Shown here one piece after another: positions 52,508 to 64,000 of a stretch of DNA of 64,000 nt. Positions within the stretch are counted from its first letter, which is position 1. The number at the start of each line of letters is the position of its first letter. The position numbers were made by a program, and so were the translations under genes. The notes below the pieces were generated by a model. The model was not told the origin of the DNA and did not search any database. It saw nothing but the letters and a program-made list of their open reading frames with translations. The stretch is from Octopus vulgaris (Eukaryota): positions 434,001-498,000 of the forward strand of contig OX597821.1 of NCBI GenBank assembly GCA_951406725.2, read 5' to 3'.

Positions 52508-53218
52508 TCATCATCATCATTTAACGTCCGCTTTCCATGCTAGCATGGGTTGGACGGTTCAACTGGGGTCTGGGGAGCCCGAAAGCTGCACCAGTCCAGT
52601 CAGATCTGGCAGTGTTTCTACAGCTGGATGCCCTTCCTAACGCCAACCACTCCGAGAGTGTAGTGGGTGATTTTATGTGCCACCGACACAGGTGCCAGAC
52701 GAGGCTGGCAGACGGCCACGCTCGGATGGTGTTTTTTATGTGCCACCGACACAGGTGCCAGACGAGGCTGGCAGACGGCCACGCTCGGATGGTGTTTTTA
52801 TGTGCCACCGACACAGGTGCCAGATGAGGCTGGCAAACGGCCACGATCGGATGGTGCTTGCTACGTGCCCACAGCACGGAGGCCAGTCGATGCGGCACCG
52901 GCTATGGCCACGTTCGGACGGCCCCCTTGTGTGCCACGTGCCACCGGCACTGGTACCACAAATATACAAATTCCATTGATGTTCATCTATTTTGATTTGT
53001 TTTGATTTTGATTTTCACTTGCCTCAACAGGTCTTCACAAGTGTCACAAGAAGGAAGGTATGCACAGGTGGACTGACTACGTCCCAGGTAGGGGCCATGG
53101 GTTATGGCCTGACTAGTCTTGCCGGGTCTTCGGAAGGTGTTTTTATGTGCCACCGACACAGGTGCCAGATGAGGCTGGTGAACGGCCACGATCGGATGGT
53201 GTTTGTCATGTGCCCACA
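52505..53218 (-). mobile_element. Young RTE-related 3' region with near-identical 62-63 bp tandem units
   Basis: (CAT)n tail, CpG intact, units TTTTATGTGCCACCGACACAGGTGCCAGAYGAGGCTGG at about 52671, 52734, 52796 and 53141. Confidence 0.9.
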
Positions 53219-53222
53219 GATA

Positions 53223-53269
<47 letters not shown>

Positions 53270-53533
53270 TAAATATTAGGGAATAAATCCAAAATTACAG
53301 GGAAAAAATCAGATTTAGGATTAAATCCAATTTTATAGTAAAATATTATATAATATTAATTCGAGACAAAACCACTATTTTGCAAATCAAACAAGGAAAG
53401 ACTGAATCAATACATAAAAAATTTTAATATAAAGTAAATAAATAAATAAGTAAATAAATAAATATTTATTTATTTATTTATTTACTTATTTATTTATTTA
53501 TTTACTTTATATTAAAATTTTTTATGTTTTGAT

Positions 53534-54092
<559 letters not shown>

Positions 54093-55409
54093 TGATTGAT
54101 TGATTGATTGATTCCAGTTTCAGCTTATGAGCTGTGGCCATGCTGGGGCACCGCCATTTGGTGTTGCTACTTGGTTTCACTTCATGGAGGCTTTCTAGCA
54201 ACTGCTATTTGGTGCATGAGAGAGTTCGATGCAGCTGCCCTCATCTGCCCCTCCTGCCGTGAAGTTGGTTCATCTGGGACACCTGACAGGAAGAGATCCA
54301 GCTCCATTTTAAAGACATCTGTATCCACCCCATGCAGGTCTCTCAGGTTCATCGGGAGGATATTGAAGAGCTGTGGGCCTCGGAAGCCCAGGCTATCACA
54401 GAATCTTGTCCTACATCTTGATGGCAAGTTTGGAGTCCTAGGCACCATGCAGTGGCGCCCAGTTCTGGCGTTTGCGTAACTCTCGATGCCAAAGTTCAGG
54501 ACACATCCCTCCAGGATCTTCCAGATGTATATTATGGCATATCTTTCCCGCCTACACTCCAGGGAATATAATTTTAATCTCTTGAGTCTTTCCCAGTAGC
54601 TTACATTCTGCATAGAGGCTATCTTCTTCGTGTAGCTTCGTTGGATCGCCTCAAGTTCTGTGATCAACTTGACACTGGATGGTGACCATAGCTGAGAGCA
54701 ATAGTCAAAGTGACTTAGGACAAGTGTCTTCCAGAGGACCATCATGGTTTCTTGTTCTCTTGTTCTAAAGGTTCTAAGAATCCATCCAGCTAGCCGTCTG
54801 CATTTCATTGTCAGTTTAGCAACATGTACATGAAAGGTCGCGTCATCACTCATGTGAATACCCAGGTCACGCACTGATTGTGCCTCTGGGATTGCAATCC
54901 CTTCAGGTCCAGTGTATTCCTTGGGTATTGCATTCAGTTTTGCATGCTGATAGTATAAAGCTTGAAACTTTTCAGCATTGAACTGCATGCTATTCTTTTC
55001 AGCCCACTTGTATATTTCGTCCAGCTCATATTGCAGGTGCCTAGTGTCTTCAGGGTTCTGTATTGCCTGTGAAACTTTTGTATCATCTGCATAACTTGTG
55101 ATCGTGGCTCTCCGCGTGGCTGAGGGCATGTCTGAGAAGGCCATTATGAACAGTAGTGGTCCCAAAACAGTGCCCTATGGAACACCGCTCACTATTTGCG
55201 TGCTAATGGAAGTGGCCCCATTTGCTACTACCACCTGACTTCTATTCTTCAGAAAGTCGTGAAGCCATTCTCCTAGTTTTCCAACTATGCCAAGATCACG
55301 CAGTTTGTGACATATCATTCCATGATCGACTTTATCGAAGGCCTTTGCGAAGTCGAGATATATGACTTCCACATTTGAGTGGTTGAGCAGTTGTTTCAGC
55401 ACCCAGTCA
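54093..55409 (-). pseudogene. 5'-truncated CR1/L2-group LINE: RT pseudogene with one in-frame stop (GVP*GTVLG) and (AATC)n tail
   Basis: [48 protein letters not shown] in ORFs 55175- and 54182-55165. Confidence 0.95.
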
Positions 55410-57026
<1,617 letters not shown>

Positions 57027-58111
57027 ATCCTTAATCCTTAAATCCTTAAAAATGTTTCAGCCCGAAGGCCGCGGCCATGCTGGGGCACCACCGCTGAATG
57101 AGCTACACTAGTTTGTGAATCCACCTCTGATACGTGGCACTTGATCAACAAGGGAGTTCGATGCTGCTGCCTGCATCCGTGTCTCCTGTCGTGAGGTAGG
57201 TTCATCTGGGACTCCCGACAAGAAGAGATCCAGTTTAGTTTTAAAGAAACCCACATCCACACCATGTAAGTCTCTCAGGCATTTAGGGAGGATGTTAAAG
57301 AGCTGTGGTCCTCTGAAACCCAAGCTGTTGCAGTATCTGGACCTGTATTTTGATGGTGATGTTGGAATCCTTGGCACCACGCAGCGGCGCCCCGTTCTGC
57401 GGTTGGAGTAACTTTGAATGCCAAAGTTTGGGACAAGACCCTCCAGGATTTTCCAGATGTATATCACTGCATATCTCTCCCGCCTCTGCTCCAGGGAGAA
57501 GAGGTTTAATACCTTCAGTCTTTCCCAGTAGCTGACATTTTGCATTGAGACGATTTTCTTTGTGTAGCTTCTCTGAGTTGCTTCGAGTTCTGCTGTTTGT
57601 TTTATATTGTGTGGTGACCAAAGTTGGGAGCAGTAGTCCAAGCGGCTAAGGACGAATGTTTTCCATAGGACCATCAGTGTCTCCTTCTCTCTTGTTCTGA
57701 AAGTTCGGAGAATCCATCCAGCTAGCCGTCTGCATTTTATCACCGGATTAGCAATATGCATTTGGAAAGATGCATCATTGCTCATGTCAATGCCCAGGTC
57801 ACGCACTGATTTTGACTCAGGGATTGCAATTCTTCCTGGGCCAGTGTATCCAGTCTTCACGTCATTTACCTTTGTGTGCCAGTAGCGCAGGGCCTGGAAA
57901 TTACCTGCATTAAACTGCATGTTGTTGTCCTCAGCCCACCTGTATATTGTGTCCAGCTCATGTTGCAGATGCGAAATATTTTCAGGGTTTTGTATTGTGT
58001 GGGAGACTTTTGTGTCATCTGCATAGCTAGCAAGGGTGGTCATCGTAGCAACTGAAGGCATGTCTGAAAGGGCCACTATGAACATCAGTGGCCCCAAGAC
58101 AGTGCCCTGTG
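57027..58111 (-). pseudogene. Second 5'-truncated LINE of a related subfamily, open from QGTVLGPL to the stop, (TTAAGGAT)n tail
   Basis: ORF 57108-58139: SYADDTK, RDLG, DYCSQLWSP, RRERY; collinear with but diverged from 54182-55165. Confidence 0.95.
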
Positions 58112-58121
58112 ATATATATAC

Positions 58122-58150
<29 letters not shown>

Positions 58151-58171
<21 letters not shown>

Positions 58172-58326
58172 TACACTCTCGGAGTGGTTGGCATTAGGAA
58201 GGGCATCCAGCTGTAGAAACACTGCCAGATCTGACTGGCCTGGTGCAGCCTTCGGGCTTGCCAGACCCCAGTTGAACCGTCCAACCCATGCTAGCATGGA
58301 AAGCGGAGGTTAAACCATGATGATGA
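58151..58326 (+). mobile_element. RTE-related 3' tail in a TA array
   Basis: AGGAAGGGCATCCAGCTGTAGAAAC..CCATGCTAGCATGG..(GAT)n. Confidence 0.85.
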
Positions 58327-60522
<2,196 letters not shown>

Positions 60523-61469
60523 GATAAATTTCCTCTATTTACATAATATTGAGGTCTCTTTCTTTCTTTTGTTATCTTACCGTTTTTGCCAATATATATA
60601 TATATATATATATATCTGTGCATGTGTGTGTGTAAAAATATATTCCATTTAAATAAAATATATTCAATTTAAACATATAAAATATATGTTGTTTGAATAA
60701 ATGAAATATATTTTTACATATTGTACAACAATCTTGGAAAAATTAATATATTTCGTAATTTCCTATTCAAAAGTCTGAGGTATCTTGAGTGGATAGCAGC
60801 AGAGAACTGGAGATTGTGTGATGTTCAAGACTTTCTCAAGAGGATTATTACAAATGTAAACTATGTTAAGCATGGTATCAGCTGAGAATTGAAACTTTAT
60901 CAAAGACTTAGGAAACAACAACAGCAACAATAAAAGAAAGTTGCTTGTTCTTTGCAGTGCTTGCCATTCTGAGACTCATTTTAATTATCATATATTTTTT
61001 TTATGAGATGCTCACATGATGGTTAAAAGTGTTGACTATGAGAAAGTGAAATGTCTGAAGAATTCAGATACAAAGTATTTTCCTTAGGGTATAGCCAATT
61101 CCATGCAATGCAGATATTTCTATAGTGTTGTTGCTGCTGCTGCTGTTGTTGTTACTGCTACTACTGCTGCTGCTTTATTTCTTTTCTTTTTTTTTCCTTC
61201 ATAGCTATTTGAGGAAAGAATGGAAGCTTCTAGCAAATTGAATGAAAGCTTCTTCCCTCTCCTCTTACTTCTTCTTGTGAACTTCTAACCTAAGCTCTCT
61301 GTAGTTACCAATTTCGTTTTTCAAAATTCTTTTAAGAAATCTACAATAATGTAGTCCCTAGCTATTCCATTATCAATTATAAAGCATTCATTGCTTTCTT
61401 TTATTGATGACTACAATATCTCATACTTTCTATGTGATATAAATTCTTCCATCTGGATGTGGAAATCCC

Positions 61470-61517
<48 letters not shown>

Positions 61518-64000
61518 TACATACCTATATACAAACATATATACACATATATACATACATATATATATATTGGTCTTTCATTTTTTTCTCTCTCTTACTC
61601 TCTTTTTTATCTTCTTTTTTACACATTTTCAATTACATATTGGAACCAATTTACAACACAGAGACTTCAAATCCATATTATTGACATAGGTTTCGATGAA
61701 GAATGTGCCACCACCCTTTGTCATGCTCATTTTTATAGTCATTTTCGGTCTAGCATTTTCGCAGCCACTGATTATCTGTTGTATTTTTCAAATTTTCCCC
61801 TACAAGAATCAACATTTATTAGAAACTTGCAGACAGTAGATGCCTTACGTAACGCAATTTTTTATTGAGTTTTGAGTTCTTACTCTCTTGGACGTTCGTC
61901 AATAGGTTCACAGTTTTCGATATTAAATCTCCACTCTCTGTTCTATCAATTCTATTATTTACCCTTTTAAAGCAAGGAGTGATGCAACCTATTTTAGTTC
62001 CCGGGATGAATTTCAATTGCATAAGAATTAAGGTCGTACTTTTACTGAGAAAGAAAAAAAAAATGAAGCTTTGACTTCACAAATTCAAAAGAATACAATG
62101 TTTTGTGATCCTTAATCTTAATCCTTTAACTGCGAAATTAAATTTCGTGGTTATTCCAGTGATGATGTTAAATATCTACCAAAAACTAGAATTGGTATTT
62201 TCTGCCAGTCATGTAGCTGCAATAAACTTGAAATATCTCAAAAAAAAGTAGTTTCAAACATGGCATTCCTCAACAAAAGACAGGCTGCAATATAAAACTG
62301 CTTTCTGCAGTTAAAGGCAATGAAATTTCAAGTGGATATCTGATTTTCACAGTAAAAACATTAAACTGATGCATCTTTTTTTTTAGCATTTTCATCAGAA
62401 AATAGAATACATTTGAAATTCCACCTCCATGCAAAGGGCTTTTCATTTCCTCATATGTGAAGCTTTCTATGAGTAATTCATCAAACAGGTTCTTCACCAA
62501 ATTCTATTTTATAATCTTACTCGTCTTAACATTTTCACTTTGTCTTATGATATTACAAATACTATGCTTGTCATTCTTGTTATTTCTATCCCTTTAAGCT
62601 GGTTAATACAGGCACAGAATGTTAACTTGGATTAAATGTATTCAAGTTAAACAAGAATTCAGCCTAATTAAGACTTAAAGAGAACAACAAAAGGAATTAA
62701 AGTATTGTAGTTAATTACATAATCATGACATCATATCATATAAAAACTGTCAATGACTTTTCTTCTGACATATCATAATTTATCAACACGCACACACACC
62801 ACACATATATATTCATCTGCTTATATATATATTTAATTGAAAGTGACTCAAGGACCAAAAGTCAAAGTTGACCTCAGCAGGATAAAGAACAAATACTTAA
62901 AGCCATCTTTTTTTTGTCTGATACTCTCATAATTTTACCGTTGATCATGTTTATATATATATAACTCACAAATTTGTTTTAGATATGTGTATGTGTGTGT
63001 GTGTGTGTGTGTGTACATCATCGCTATTAAGTTAAACTGTCGTATGTTCAAATTTGGCCAACTGAGTTTTTTTTTGTTCAATATTTATTTTTGCTTGCAA
63101 TAGCTGGTTCTTTTGGTCAAACTATCGCATCTCCAGCTACTTCAGATGCCAAGATATCAAAAATTGTCAAAGTGTAGTACAATGGTTTTGCTATGGAATG
63201 GTGAAACTAGTTCTTTGTTTTCTTAAAAAGCAACGTTTTGGACTTACGACACTTTTGCATAATAGCAACAACACACATACATACATACCTAAATACATAC
63301 ACACATACAGACAGAGTGCTCTAAAGATGTTAACCCATGTCGTGAGTATTGACTGGATGTTAGAATGTAACAACATTTTCCAAATAATGTATGTGTGTGT
63401 ATCAGTGAGATGAGCATGTGTATAAGAGTAGAATAGTGTGAGCATATGTGTATGTGTGAGACACTAATATATGCATGTGTGTGTGTGTGAATGTGTAGAA
63501 ATATATAGGGTGATGTGCTGTGCCCAGCATAGAAGTGCTTGCAACCTTCTTGCTTGCCACTCACTACAGCTGCCTAGGTAGGCCATGCAGCGTGGTGAAG
63601 TGGGAAGCAGCCTGGTGTGGGGATCATCCCAGCCAATACCAACCCTTTTCTTCCCCAAGACCTCCTGTTGGGCCTTCCTGCAGTCTTACACATAGCAATT
63701 GGCTCCCCTTTTGACCCAGGCTAACTTGGTAGGGGATCTTGGAGTATCAATGGGCCCCTGAGAAACAGTGTGCAGGCCAGCACTTGTGGATAAGTCCTGA
63801 TGTTTTATAAATCACTGCTCTGCTACCTTGTGGGTGAGTCCAGCAATCTAACCCTTCAGCATTGAAAACTAGCCATGTCTGGCCCAAATATGCTGCTGGC
63901 TTTATGTTGGGACTGGCCATATTCAGCCTCTTACACCTACCCTGTAATGTCATTCTGAAAATAAATAATCGCATCATTGAAACTCATGGTTAACTCAAAA

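Noticed and set aside
57027-57050. Telomere-like TTAAGG repeats
   Set aside because: Short terminal repeat of the LINE, not a (TTAGGG)n array
61670-62530. Complex AT-rich stretch with short ORFs and an ILFSDE-like peptide
   Set aside because: No further transposase motifs or TIRs found; cannot classify without a search
63500-63960. GC-richer unique segment near the window end
   Set aside because: No recognisable motif or sustained ORF; may be an unclassified repeat

Overview
AT-rich, microsatellite-saturated eukaryotic non-coding DNA (intergenic or large intron). The SINE and LINE families suggest an Octopus-like cephalopod genome; this is my inference. I cannot support any intact host protein-coding gene, and nearly all ORFs in the track are (TA)n/(CA)n/(ATT)n artefacts. 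The window holds many tRNA-headed SINEs of at least three families, three decayed CR1/L2-group LINE reverse-transcriptase fragments, RTE-type LINE 3' ends, a deleted DD37D-like Tc1/mariner, several MITEs (piggyBac-, hAT-, pogo- and Helentron-like), minisatellites and kilobase (TA)n arrays. Four observations stand out, mostly at the RNA-structure level. (1) At least six minimal type-I hammerhead-ribozyme-like motifs lie mostly in short, probably Penelope-like, relics inside TA microsatellites; they include natural G3-C8 and A3-U8 swaps of the catalytic C3-G8 pair, and one sits in a perfect 94-bp foldback. (2) The RTE-related 3' regions carry tandem copies of a compact H-type pseudoknot with compensatory changes. 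(3) The commonest SINE and two LINE subfamilies share a covarying 3' stem-loop. (4) Closely spaced inverted SINE pairs could form dsRNA. All calls were made by eye; element boundaries are approximate.
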